This document shows positions 37,694 to 49,985 of a DNA stretch of 64,000 bases, piece after piece (position 1 is the stretch's first letter; each line of letters opens with the position of its first letter). The position numbers and the translations under genes were made by a program. The stretch comes from Narcine bancroftii. Its lineage: Eukaryota. The stretch covers positions 80,104,001 through 80,168,000 of the forward strand of contig NC_091479.1 of NCBI RefSeq assembly GCF_036971445.1, given 5' to 3'. The notes beneath the pieces were generated by a model. It ran no database searches. It worked only from the letters and a program-made list of their open reading frames with translations, and had not been told where the DNA came from.

Positions 37694-39465
37694 GGGGAAA
37701 TCATGTGATATAGGAAGTGAGATTCTAAAGTAAATAGAAATTAAAATATGAAGGAAGAATACAAGAACAGTCCATTTACCTTTTAAAATGCCTCTGAAGA
37801 AAATAATTGTTGTTGTTGGAGTGGATGAAGGTGTTGCTCTTAAATATGAAGCGAGGCCTTTGATACAGAGAAATCCTGGACCTGGAGTGATGACCAGGGC
37901 CTGTTAGAGAGTTGAGTTGCTGGGAACTGCAGCATCTGACCAGCCTGTGGGCTGGGAAGATGGCGACGGGCCAAGGAAAGCAGATTCTTTAAGCAAGGAC
38001 AGGTCATCGAATTCAAGTGAGATGATTGATTGCAGTGACAACAGGAAGGTTTTTTTCACAGTTTTGTCAATTTATGAAGGATTTGAAAAGACAGCAAAAA
38101 TTATGGAACAAGGACAAGAGGATATAAGATTTGAAGAAGTTACTTCAGTGTATGAAGATGTTAAATATGAATAAGGCTATACAGAAGGATAAAGAGAACA
38201 TCGATGGTGAATTACAAGAGATGGTATGGGAAATTTGGAATTATAAGAAGATAATGCAAAAGGAATGAAAATGTAAAGGAGAACCTGGAAAAATTGGAGT
38301 CTGAAGTTAAGGAAGAAATTATTGAGAGGAAGATAAACTCAGAAAAAACTGATAAGATGAAAAATTTTAGTAGGAGAAACAACATTAAAATTATTGGTTT
38401 GGAGGAAGAAGAAAAGCATGACATAATTAATTTTCTCCAAGGATGGATACCTAAGGGGTTAAATCAATTTGAAGGTCAAATTGAGAAAGCACATAGAGCC
38501 CTCAGACAATGGCCTCAATCAAATGAGAAACCTCGCTCTATAGTAATGTTCAAAATATCAGGACAAGGAAAAGATTTTATCCTTAACAGCGGAAAAAGTA
38601 AGAATAAAGAAAAGCCCACTATAATATCATGGCTTGAAAGTTTTCCTTTATCTGGACACTACTACACAATTGTTGGCTAAGAGGAGACAGTTTAATGAAG
38701 TCCAAGAAAAATCTTTGGGAAAAGAGAATCAAGTTTACATTACGTTATCCAGCATAGATGAAGATTTGTATTACCGGATGGCAAAAATAATTTTTTTATG
38801 GATTGCAAACAGCCATCAGATTTTGTGGAAGCTTTGCTGATAAATGAGAGGGAAATATTCAGAATGAGGCAATGGATGAATAAAATAGAGACTTTGTTCT
38901 GATGTAACACCTAGGAGGTGAAGGGCACCCGAATATATCAGCTGCTGTTCATGGGCTCGTTTGTGGCAATGAGCGACATCCTGCATGATAAATGGGGGTG
39001 ATGTTATATTCTTTAGAGCCATTAGGAGGGAGTTCTCCTATTAAATATGTCTATGAATGGAGTTGTATTGATTTTATTTTACTTTAGAGAATTGATTCAA
39101 CATGGAATTTTAAATTGGATGATGGAAGAGTTAAGAGATTCTTTATGGATACATGATTAATATTGGATATATTGGAATTTAACATTTAGAATTGATTTAA
39201 AACATAAGATTTACATATTTGAATTGTTAGAATGTGTTGGTTTAAGTAATTTTTCCAGAATTTTTTAAAATATCCATTCCATTTTTTTCTTTTCCAGTTT
39301 TTTTTGGGGGGGTGGCTTAGGTCTTTTTCTCTTTTTTTTCTTAGGATTTCTGGGGGAGCTTTTTTCTTTTTTTTTGTTCTATTTTCCTTTTTCAATTTGT
39401 AAAAGGCATGTATAATTAATTGTGAATGAAATTTAATTGTATGGTACCTATAAATAAAATTTTCA
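37694..39465 (+). mobile_element. L1-derived element with ORF1 remnant only (HAL1-like), 15-bp TSD
   Basis: ORF1 motif NFSRRNNIKIIGLEE...IEKAHRAL...KPRSIV; 3' AATAAA plus A-tail; TSD AAAATTCTGACTGAT at 37679-37693 and 39466-39480. Confidence 0.8.
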
Positions 39466-39661
39466 AAAATTCTGACTGATTTGTTTTCTGTGGAAATCTC
39501 CACCCAAAGAAGCAGTAGAGTCTGATACAGTAAGATTTTTGCATCATAGGGGAATTTTAGAGGTGTGGGAGAAAGGTGGAGATGGGCCTACATCCAGATC
39601 AGCTGTGATCTCACTGAACGTGGGAGCAGGCTTGACAGACTGAATAGATAACTCCTGATTC

Positions 39662-40403
39662 TGAGATGTTCTCCTTGACAACGCTAATGCTACTGGTCTC
39701 TGCAGATACCTGCACTGTTGCAGTGTCCACAGCTGAGTGCACGCACGATGAAGTAAGCGATCCAATGCAAAGGAGCCTCCTGTGGCAGGGCAAAGCCATG
39801 GGGCCCACAGCTCTGCTCCTCCCCATCCCACCTCTACTCCCCTCACCCCAGTGGCTACTCAGAGCAAGGCTGGGCAAAGCAGAGTGCAGCCACAGAGGTC
39901 AGGAAGCCAGGGCTGGGCCAGGAGAATTCTGATGCAGGGCCTGCCCCAAAGGTGGGGTGTCTGTCCTGGTGCTCTGATAGGGATGGGGTGGGGGGGAAGC
40001 AAGACAACAGAGACAGGGAGGAGAGGTGGTCCTCAATGAAGACCTCAAGCAGGCGCCAAGCCAGGACAGAGCTGGAGCTGACAGCAGTGAAGGTCCTGTC
40101 AGTAGCCATGAACAGTCCCTAGCCCTTCTAGATTGGAAAGTCAGCACCAGGCAGTGCAAAGGTTAGACCACTCCATATCTCAACCTCTGCTCTGAGCAGC
40201 CACTTCTCTTTCACCCCCACCCCCCATCCCATTGGCCATTGGGAAGAGGGGAGCAGAGCTGTGGGTCCTGTGGCCTTGCCCTGCTGCAGGAAGCACCTTT
40301 GCATTGGATCGCTTACTGCATCATGCACTCAGCTGTGGACACTGCAACAGTACAGGTACCTGCAGAGACTAGAGGTAGCAGCATTGCCAAAGAGAACATC
40401 TCA
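39662..40403. mobile_element. Palindromic (fold-back/MITE-like) element with about 200-bp inverted arms
   Basis: TGAGATGTTCTC...CTGTTGCAGTGTCCACAGCTGAGTGCA...GTAAGCGATCCAATGCAAAGG (39662-39865) is mirrored at about 40188-40403, ending GAGAACATCTCA. Confidence 0.8.
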
Positions 40404-41554
40404 TACCCCATGTTGGTGGCGTCTTCCTTGGTGTGGCCTGGCCCAAGTGATGAAAACGTGACTCCAGCATATGCTGCTTGCTTCGCTCCTCTGCAGTCTG
40501 GTTGCAGAGATTCAGTGTCCCAGGGTGGCTTCAGAATTGCTGATATCTCCTCCAACCAACATATTACCGTGAGCCGCACCTTACATGTAAACAAGCTACA
40601 CGTGGTTTGCGAACTGCAGTTTGCCAACTTTTGCCATGTCCCATCATCCTCTATGAAAATATTCCTTCTCATCCCCTATAAATCTTTCTTTTCTCACTGT
40701 ATTTTTTTTAAAACTTCCTGATAGAAAGATTCTGACTATTCGTATTGGATCAGCTTGAATATTTTGATTATGACCTCTTGTTCTGAATTCTGCTACTAGA
40801 GCAAGTAGTTTATCTATCCACAAAAAAAAGTCTCCAGGCTACTACCAACTTTCAAAGCTCAGAGACTATAAATCAAACTGTGCAGGTTAGTTTCATAACT
40901 TAACTCAAAGTTTGTGTATTACAGTGAATTGTTCCACCTTCTCCCAAAAGTCGATCAATTTTGTTTTCTGAGACGTACAAGGCTATGGTTTACATTGTAC
41001 TCCAGCTGAATTTTGTGCATCTGAAATGTAACATCCTTGCTTTAGTAAACCAACCTCTTTTTGAAATGAGGGTTAACATTCCATTGGATTTCTTGGACTT
41101 GGAATATTGTGCTCAGTTCTGGTCACCTCATTATAAGAAGGGTGTAGATGCTTTAGAGAAAGTGCAGAGGACATTTACCAGGATGTTAGCTGGATTGGAG
41201 AACATGTAAAGCAAAGGGTTTTCTCTGTGGAACAATGAAGGATGAGAGAGAGAGGTGACTTGTACAATTTGGCAGGCAATTGTTAGAACTTACAACATTG
41301 CCTGTCGGTTTTATGAAATGCAGCACAATATTATTTCCCTCTTGGAGGGGCCTGTGCATGCGTGTGTGCACCAAGCTGCCCAAGTATTTTGTCTAACTAT
41401 TCTGGTAACTTGTGTGGAGTCCAAAAGTCTTGATGCCATCTTTATTTATAGCATTCAGCAACTTAATAAATTATGACAGGAAACAATTTGGTGGTGAATT
41501 AATTTTTTTAAATGTTATTCCTTTCAATATTGAGACCAAGATGTTGGGTGCCTG

Positions 41555-41719
41555 ATGCCCTGCAAAAAGAAATCAAGCCGATCCAAGAAGCCACCCTTGT
41601 TGTTCCTAGAGAGTCCACTGAAGGGAGAAAAACGCAAGAAAGTCTTGTCTCTACCATCTGCAGTCAATCCCCGTCAGGTTTCCTGTATACCTGTTGACCA
41701 GAAGTCTGCAGTCACGTGG
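41555..41719 (+). CDS. RHNO1: RHNO1 (RAD9-HUS1-RAD1-interacting nuclear orphan 1) first coding exon
   Basis: MPCKKKSSRSKKPPLLFLESPLKG...RQVSCIPVDQKSAVTW aligns with recalled human MPPRKKRRQPSQKAPLLFHQQPLEG...RQVPSKPIDHSTITSW; donor TGG|GTGTGT; head-to-head with FOXM1. Confidence 0.92.
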
Positions 41720-42258
41720 GTGTGTTATATTTTGTAATTTTTTTTGTATTATAAGGGAGTTCTAACCTTCTCCCATCATGTTACCATTTTAAATTCTCGT
41801 TTAAATACTATAATATTGCAGGTGTTAAATGAAATTGTAAGAGCAGTGCAATTGACACAAACTGCTGAATTATTTTGCCTATTTCTGGTCAGATCCATGT
41901 CATTCAATGTTTGCCCTAAAGACTGTATTTGGTAGAAAAGATATTGCATATTTTTAAATTGCTGTATCTTATGTATTGCATGTAGACAGCTGATTATTTC
42001 CAGCTCCACGGTACATGTTGCAAAGTATATGATTTTGAAGATTATCTGTAGGGTAATACTGTATATTTCAAAGCACTTTTTTAAATCAGGAGTTAATAGC
42101 CCTAAGTTTGTTTATTTTTGGATGAAGATGAAACAGTAATTTAGTGTCAATTATTGATTGATAGTCATATAAAATTGTGCCATAGTTGTAAGAAAATAAA
42201 GAAACTGTTTGAATATTTTGAATGGGAATAATATGTTTCTTCCTCTTGTCAACTCAAG

Positions 42259-43098
42259 GTGTTGCCAGAGTTTGAAACTACAGCTGTGCAGGGACCAAGA
42301 CAAGAACAAAAATCTGGTGGTAGAGCGAAACAACGTTGCATCTCCAACAAACGGAGCACTGCATCCAAAACAGGGGCTGTGAGAAAACTGCACATGAACT
42401 TTGTTCCTTTGACCTTTATGGGTACTGTTCAGAAGGAGAACCACCAAGTTCCAGTTAGCACTTGTCAGAAGGTTCAAACCCATGGGCAAGGCAGATTCCA
42501 AACAAATAAAACTTCTTTCGTGGGAAGCAAATTTCGACAGTGCAGAATTGACACCAATGAAAATGTTCAGAAGTCTAATATATTGGACATGCAGAAAAGT
42601 AGCCAAACATATGCAGTAAAGAACAACTTGGATGGCAAAAGTACAGTTTGGAATAAGTCTGTGAGGTGCTCTAGTTTATGCCCTCCTTTGAAAGGCATCA
42701 ACCATCAAACAGATTCAGATGAAACTGAGATCTTTTCAGAGCGGTCATCTCAGTCGGCTGATGAGGTGTTCACCTTGCCACAAGTTAACACTCCCACAAC
42801 TGATGGTGAACCCTCAGCAGCTATTTTGAAGAAAAATATTTGCGGTAGATTAAGAAACAATGAATTGAATAAACAAAATGCAACTCCTCTCCCTGGTGGA
42901 CTGTTAGGCTGCTCAGACAAGTGTCTTGCACTGAAAGACAATTGTTCTGAAGAATCCTTCTCAGCAGATGTTTTGGTCCAAGACACGCCAGAACGCGAAT
43001 ATGGACTCAAAGCAACTTGGCGAAGACGACCACATATCATGCAGTTCCTGAAAGATCATGGAAAACTGACCAGCAGTGATGTACGAGTTGGCTCTTGA
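42259..43098 (+). CDS. RHNO1: RHNO1 second (last) coding exon
   Basis: Acceptor ttcctcttgtcaactcaag|GTG completes W-VLPEF (human SWVSPDF). C-terminal VLVQDTPEREYGLKATWRRRPHIMQFLKDHGKL is the conserved RHINO motif; TGA ends at 43098. Confidence 0.95.
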   Translation: MLPEFETTAVQGPRQEQKSGGRAKQRCISNKRSTASKTGAVRKLHMNFVPLTFMGTVQKENHQVPVSTCQKVQTHGQGRFQTNKTSFVGSKFRQCRIDTNENVQKSNILDMQKSSQTYAVKNNLDGKSTVWNKSVRCSSLCPPLKGINHQTDSDETEIFSERSSQSADEVFTLPQVNTPTTDGEPSAAILKKNICGRLRNNELNKQNATPLPGGLLGCSDKCLALKDNCSEESFSADVLVQDTPEREYGLKATWRRRPHIMQFLKDHGKLTSSDVRVGS

Positions 43099-43761
43099 AC
43101 TTGAACACAGATGGTCTTGCTTTCATAATGTAGATTGTTATCTGTGCATTTTAAAAGTTACAATTGGTATTATGATTAACTAGTTTATCTGGATATTGGG
43201 ACAGGTAAGAATCCGTTGTAGTATTCCTCTTTAAATAATAGCTGTGAACTTTGCAATGCAGCTTTATCCAAACCTTGGCTCTTGAACCAAATTCTAATCT
43301 GCAACTTTTGCACCTCCTACATCAGGACAGCTTTGTCTGAGATTCCACTTTAAATACCAAATGAAGTGTATATTCATGTTGGTGAAAGGTCATTGGCTGA
43401 ATATTTGCAATATTCTTGTACTGCAAGTCTACATTGTGAACTTTTAAAAATTATCATCCAGCTGTCTGTTTAAGGCACTTTTGCTTGTGTTCTACATTGG
43501 TACAAAAGTAATTTTGGGCTGCAAACAATGATTCCGATCTCATGGATTTAGTCCGTTCCTGAGGAGTACAGATCTTGCCATTAAAACTCCCTGAAATGTA
43601 AAAATAAGTTGACAATTTGAAGTAAATCCATTGATGTGATACATTTGGATCTTATATAGGCTATCAATTTACCTGTATTGAAGAAGGAGTACACAACCTA
43701 CTGGTATTCCCACCTTCCAGCACTTAATCTGTAGCTTTTAGGTCCTGGTTCTTTAAAAATT

Positions 43762-43978
43762 TAGGTATGTAGCACAGTAACGGGCCCTTCCGACCCACAT
43801 GCCACCCAAATACCCCAATTAACCTACATTCCCTGTACATTTTGAAGAGGGGGAGGAAAAACTGGAGCATCCAGTAGAAATCCATGCAGACAAGGGGAGA
43901 ATGTACAAACTCTTTACAGACACCAGCAGATTCAAATCCGGGTCGCTAGCACTGTAATAGCATTGTGCTAACCACTAT
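43762..43978 (-). mobile_element. tRNA-derived V-SINE (HE1-like)
   Basis: Minus strand has A-box-like AGTGGTTAGCAC, B-box-like GATTTGAATC, V-domain TGTAAAGAGTTTGTACATTCTCCCCTTGTCTGCATGGATTTC and a CR1-derived tail. Similar copies at about 5880-6000 and 56100-56325. Confidence 0.8.
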
Positions 43979-45929
43979 TTCAAAAATACATCCAAGAACT
44001 TTAAAAGGAGTGAGCTTTGCTGTCTTTTGATCTTTTTCACCAGAAGTAAATTAGCTCAATTTTTCTTGAATTTTGATTTATGTTCCATCTCGTCTTTGAA
44101 GCCTCAGTTAAGGGAAAATGGTCCTTCCTGTTTTACCTAGGCTGATCAAAAATATTTCCACCAAACCTCCCTTAGTCTCATTGCTATTTAATCTTGCCTG
44201 AGATAAAATTTCTGTTCTGGAAATATCATAAATTTCCTTTGTTCTCCACTGCAATCACATTTGCCTGCAATGGTCAGAATTCCAGTCAACAAATATTCTA
44301 TATTTACCTTCTTACTCTTACATTTAATGCCTTGGTTATTAAATAACCTTTTTACTAACCTGTCCTGTTCCTCTACCTACTCCAGACTTTCTCATTTACT
44401 GAGTCTTCCCATACCTTATTTCACCTTTGGATTAAATTCCATTTGCCATGTCTTTGCTCAACTGACCAGACTATCTATATCATCCTGCAACCTAAAGCTT
44501 CATTCTTCTTGATTATATGCATTTTTTTTTTGTATCTTAAGAAAACTTCCTTGATGTATTCAGTCATTTCTAAACATCAATCTATATGAAATTGAATGCA
44601 AAAAAAAACAACTACTATAAAGCCTTGTGGAACTGCATCTTACAGCCTCTTGGCCATTAACCTTTGCTTCCTCTCAGTTAGCCAATTGTGAACCCAATTT
44701 GCTTGTTGGATATCATGTGCCTTTGCTTTTTAACATTTGAAATAATTCATGTAAATTATACTTGATGAACTGCCCTCAATAATCCTATTATTATTTACTT
44801 TTAATTCGTTTATAAAAACCCTGCTCTTGGTCTTGACTCCTTCCTGGAGACAGGTCCAATCAATAATAGAAGTTAGCTGTTTTCAGGGCTTCAGCAAAGT
44901 AGCCTTGTTCAAGTTAGAATTTTGAAGAGGGTCTTGGCAGTTATTTAATGATAATATCAGCTGACAAAAAGATAAAACTTTGGAAATACTTGCAAGCACA
45001 CTGCATTTGAATAACATTAAAGTGATCAAACAGATATCAACTAATAAAACATATACTTTGGTCAAACAATATAATTATTTTAATTTAAACAGTGTATTAC
45101 AGTGATAAAATGCTCCAAGAAGGCACAAAAGTACAATATCTAACAAACAACCTAATGCTCTAAGGACTGTTTCAGAACTCCTTTGACAAAGAATTGGATA
45201 TTAGTTAATAAGGGAGGAAATGAGGTAGAGTGCTTTGAAGTTTGGGGGGGGAAAAAAATTTGGAGCTTAAGGTCTCAACAATGGGAGCCCAGATTTGAAT
45301 GGTGACCAATACTGTATTGCACAAGAGGCCATATTTTGAGAACCATAATGATCTTTGAGACTTGCAGAGCTAGAGGGGTTATCTGAAGCAGAAAGAAGAT
45401 CAAGTAATGGAGAGATTTGTAAACGAAGATGAGAATTTAGAAATTGGAATGAAAGGTGATCAAGTATAAACTGATGTTTGAGTTGGGGCTTATTGGGTTA
45501 CGGGAAGGAATATTATGATCTTAAATTTATGGTGGATAGAATAATGCAGGAAAATGTACAGGATCTGAAACTCTGGTGATTTTTCACATCCCTTACTGGT
45601 TCATTGATGCTTATCCCAGTTGTAGCCTAATCTGGATCCTGCAGACGTGCCTTAATTGTCTGCTAATAAAATGCACTGTGCTAATGAGGAAAGACTGATC
45701 CCCTTACTTTATGACAAATTAATTGATAAACGAGTTCTATGACTTCATTAAGGGCTGCCAAAAAATAGTGTCACTGGTGCAGCCCTGGGAGAAGGGAAAG
45801 AGGAGACACAGTGCTGCCCTGCAGTGTCCTACTACCCTCCTGCCTAGTCCTGATGCCAACAGTGCCATACAGGCTTTTAACAGCCCATTAAAGGGACAGA
45901 CTTTTTGAAATCCTGTGACCACAGAGGTC

Positions 45930-46558
45930 TATAGCCAAGATAGTAGTTCCTGCGCTGGGCAGTGTACCACGAGGTGTTGCAGACTTTGGGGGAGCAGCAG
46001 ATTGGTGCAAGGCACCAGAAACGGGGAGGACACTCTCTGTTGAGAAGAAGTATGGAAGATGATGCTACAGGAAAGGTGACAAAGGGAGCAGACCAGCAAG
46101 GGGCTTGGCAGCTGGCAGCACAAAGACTATGGGTAGTTGGCAACAGTCGAAGGACTCACACAGGTGGCAGGCTACTGGTGACTTGCAGTCAAAGGAATCA
46201 CACCAGGCTGCTGGAGACTGGCTCATGAGAACCAGGTATTGGGATTCAAGAAGGTCTGGGGGCATGAAGGGCTACCAAAGGGTCTCAGGCGCTGAAGGCT
46301 GCATAATCTTATTGGAAGTTTGGACCTGGGGATTGGGCTGCCAATGGTTTGAACTGGAGTCTGTGGCTGTGGATGCAGCAGAAGCACTGGAGGTGAATCC
46401 ACAGACATTCAGAAGGGACTCTGAGGGGACTCCCTTATGCTTTTCTTTCTTCTATTATTAGGTGCGCCAGGCAATTCACATGGCAACCCTTTGTGTTACG
46501 GCAGGTAAAAGTTTACATGTAACATGTATTACATGACAATAAAAGGAACCTTGAACCA
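45930..46558 (+). mobile_element. Non-autonomous non-LTR element remnant
   Basis: GC-richer purine-biased body ending ACAATAAAAGGAACCTTGAACC, a LINE-type short-repeat tail. Confidence 0.45.
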
Positions 46559-48461
46559 ATCTCAGAGGGCTCAAACAGCCTTTTAATGCATCTCTACATG
46601 TAGCACTCTTAAACTCTAAGTTGGGAATTGAGTGACATAAGTGTAAAAATGCTGCATCCACCTGTAGCCAATACTGAAATTTCACAGTTCAATAGGAAAT
46701 GAAAATATTTTAAATAATCATCGAATGTGCATCAGTTTCTGTTTTCCTTCCTGTTACCATAGTTGAATGTTTGGATGTCATTGTTGCATAGAAATTGATG
46801 CAACCTAATCACTGTTGTGTGTGTTGTCTATTCCTCACCTGAACGATAACCTAAATTGCATCTGCCTGTACCTTTATTTTCATCACGTTACCTCCTTTAA
46901 TCCCTACAGAAGAACCTTCTCAACTGTTATGTAATTATTTTCCTCATCCTGTTAGTCTTTTATACTTCAACCTGTACAAATGGTCCCTTACGATTAGAAA
47001 ATTTGTTTCTGCCTGCTCTCTTCCATCTTTATACAATTTTAAATACTTTTAACTTTTTATTGTAACAAAACCAAAAGCAATTCTTTGCACTATTTCTTCA
47101 TATTTGTATATCCTCATTTCAGGGAGCAATGCATATCCAAATTTTCCTGCAGCATACAGTCTAAACTCTTTTTTCATAAATGGTCTGAGTAAGATTCAGA
47201 TAGATTTTATACAATGATTCAGTGACATTATCTCTTGCTACAAAATTCGGTTCTTCATTTAAAAAAAATTGAACAGTGTTCATTTCATCCACACTCAGCA
47301 GAAAATGGAAAAATAACTCTCCAAGTAACAGCTATAATTCACTCACTGAATGACAAATAGCCAATTCACTTCAGTTAATTACAATAATTCCAATAACATC
47401 AATCAGATTCCAACTGGAGTAGTTTTCAATTTTAAGCAATGCAACTCAGTTAAGGATTAATCAAAATACTATTGAGCAAATTATTCTTGGAGAGGTATAG
47501 TGCAAATTATCTGCAATTATACTGATGGTTAAATTATGAGGAGTAATTATGTTTTGTATCCTGAGATACCCCAGTAAATGCTAGAGCATGCAGTATCTGT
47601 GAAGACAGAATATGAAATAACACTGGTGGGCAAAACTCAGGAATGTCCCAATGCATTTTAGAAGTATACTGAGGCAAGATGGTAACCAGAGAAAGTGTAG
47701 AGGCCATTAGTGAAAATTTGCACAAAGATCGAGGAATTATTTGAAGTCTTAAATGAATACACACCCAATCATCATTAATGTGTAGGACAGAAAGGTGGTG
47801 GTGAAATTAGAAAAAAATAAGCATTATTAAGGAGGTGATATTAAATCTCTTACGAGGTTTAAAGATCGATAAATCAATGTAATATATCTCTGGTAGCTTT
47901 GGGTGGCAATTGAAGAGAATGCAGGGATTTTGCAGAAATGTTACAGATCTACTCTGGCCACAGATGAATGTGCTACCTCTATAAAATAAAAGCCACAGGA
48001 ATAAGAGGAGCAGTTAAAGATTGATGAATCTAAAATCAACACTGGGGAATTTACCCCCAAAAAAATGAGAAACAGGATTAATTGGCACTTGTGGAGGCAG
48101 GATGACTTTGTTAAGGTGAGATCCTGTTGGGATAATTTGAATTGAGGTTGTTGTAGGTACACCATTCTCCAAGTTTAAATCTCCCTCCTATATGCTGACT
48201 CATTACCCCTTTTTATACAACCCACTACTGTGTTATCGTCAGCAAATTTGTAGATAGTATTGGTGTAAAGAGAATAGAGCAAAGGCTAAAGAAGCAGCCT
48301 TGTGGTGCTCTGGTACTGATAGGGATTGTGGTCTGGAGGTGAGGAAATCAAGGATTCAATTACACAGTGGGGTGTTGAGACAGTTTTGAGCGGATGATGG
48401 TGTTAGATGCCAAACTGTAGTCCATAAAGAGCTGCCTGATGTATGCAAGGTACAGAGGAGT

Positions 48462-49118
48462 AAAACACAGAAATTCTGACAGAACTCAGCAGGTCTTGCA
48501 GGGTCCATAGCAGCTAAAGATATAGAACTGACATTTTGTGCCTGAGGCCTTCTTCAAGATTCGAGTAAAAAGCAGACAGGTGCCTGAATTAAGAGGCTGG
48601 GAAGAATGGGCAACAGACAAAAGATGTTTATTGGATATGGATGGGACACAGGAGAGGAAAGGTGAGAATTGACTGGGGGGAGGGGAATTGTTTATGGCTC
48701 CGTGGAAGACATACTTGAGAGTCTCAGAGATTCTGGAAATTGAGAGATCGTTTTGTTGTGCACCTCAGCTCTGTCTGTCACAATAACAGGGATCTCCCAG
48801 TGGCCACCCATTTCAATTCCTCACCCCATTCCCTTGCCAACAAGTCTGTCCATGCACTACCAGCCTTAAGACCACCCACAAACTAGAGAAACCTCATATT
48901 CTGTCTGGGTACCCTCCAACCGAATGGCATTAAACGTCAGTTCCTGTTTGCCCTCCTCCATTTTTCCCTAGGCCTCCTTTCCTTGAGCTCTTCTTTCCTC
49001 CCTTCTCCCCCCAGCTCTGCTTCCACAGAGCCAGAAATAACCCCCCCCCCCCTCTCCCAGGCAACTGTCAACTTTCCGCTCTCCTGTGTCCCATCTGTAT
49101 CCAATTAACACCTTTTTA
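48462..49118 (+). mobile_element. Penelope-like element remnant (GIY-YIG C-terminus with inverted pseudo-LTR)
   Basis: DLPVATHFNSSPHSL and LIFCLGTLQPNGI remnants at about 48790-48930; inverted terminal segments about 48620-48708 vs 49018-49116. Confidence 0.75.
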
Positions 49119-49449
49119 ATATTTAACATTATAGTACCACAACTTTCCCCTCTATTGTGTTGTTGGGGCCGAATGCTGGCACGGACACAGTGGGCCGAAG
49201 GATCTCTTTCCATGCTATTTGACGCCATGAATCGAAAAGAAGTTCGCGTTTCAGATCCCTGATCTTTGCATCTCGTTTTTATTTGGATTGAGAAGGTTGA
49301 AAGTGAGGTGACAGAGCTGAAGTTCACGAAATGGGGTGGGACAGATACACATTAATTTCTCTCTGGTGATGAAATGCAAACAATGGACCGTTATTTTAAC
49401 ATTAAGAACGAGACCAGTTCGGAGTGGAATCTGTGGGCACCCTTGATAG

Positions 49450-49930
49450 ACGGTGGATGATGGTGTTAGGAGTCAGGGCTGCACCTACTCTACTGTAAGG
49501 CATCCGGCCCGAAGCAGACTCAGTCTGTCCATCGCAGGGCTGGGGGCTCCGCTGCACTGTCCCTCACAGGCAAAGCGGGTGGGGAACGTCAAGATGCTCC
49601 GGGCAGGCGTGGGCGACGTCTGCACTTGCGCTGCGGCTTCTCGTCATGGCTCGAAACTCTCCCCCCCCCCCCCACCACAACTTCGCATTGAATGAGGTGA
49701 CGCACTGCGCGGCGGCCCAATGGGAGTGACGTTTGTTGGCTGGTGCGTTGCTACGGCTGGAGCTCCAGGAGGTGAGTTGGAGTTGCGTGACGGAGTCGGG
49801 AGCGGGAGCTGCCACGAACACCATAGCAACGGCGCCGAAATATGTCCTATTACAATGTGAGGTAGGAGGAGAATGGCCGGGGGCTGCACGGAGGGAGGTG
49901 GCGGGTTGTTCGATAATGTTTTCCAGGCTC
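49450..49930 (+). promoter_or_regulatory. CpG-island promoter of probable TULP3
   Basis: GC/CpG-rich; CCAAT at 49717; CRE-like TGACG at 49698, 49727 and 49788; RFX X-box half-sites GTTGCTA (49747) and CCATAGCAAC (49821-49830). Confidence 0.7.
49842..49861 (+). CDS. TULP3: Probable TULP3 first coding exon (MSYYNV-R/S)
   Basis: AAATATGTCCTATTACAATGTGAG|GTAGGA: ATG with A at -3 and a phase-2 donor. Position downstream of RHNO1 on the same strand matches TULP3 synteny. Only 20 coding nt, so the call rests mainly on synteny. Confidence 0.6.
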
Positions 49931-49985
49931 TCACCTCTAGTGGGTTGGCATCGGGGGTTGACTCTCCCAACATTTCATCAAAACG

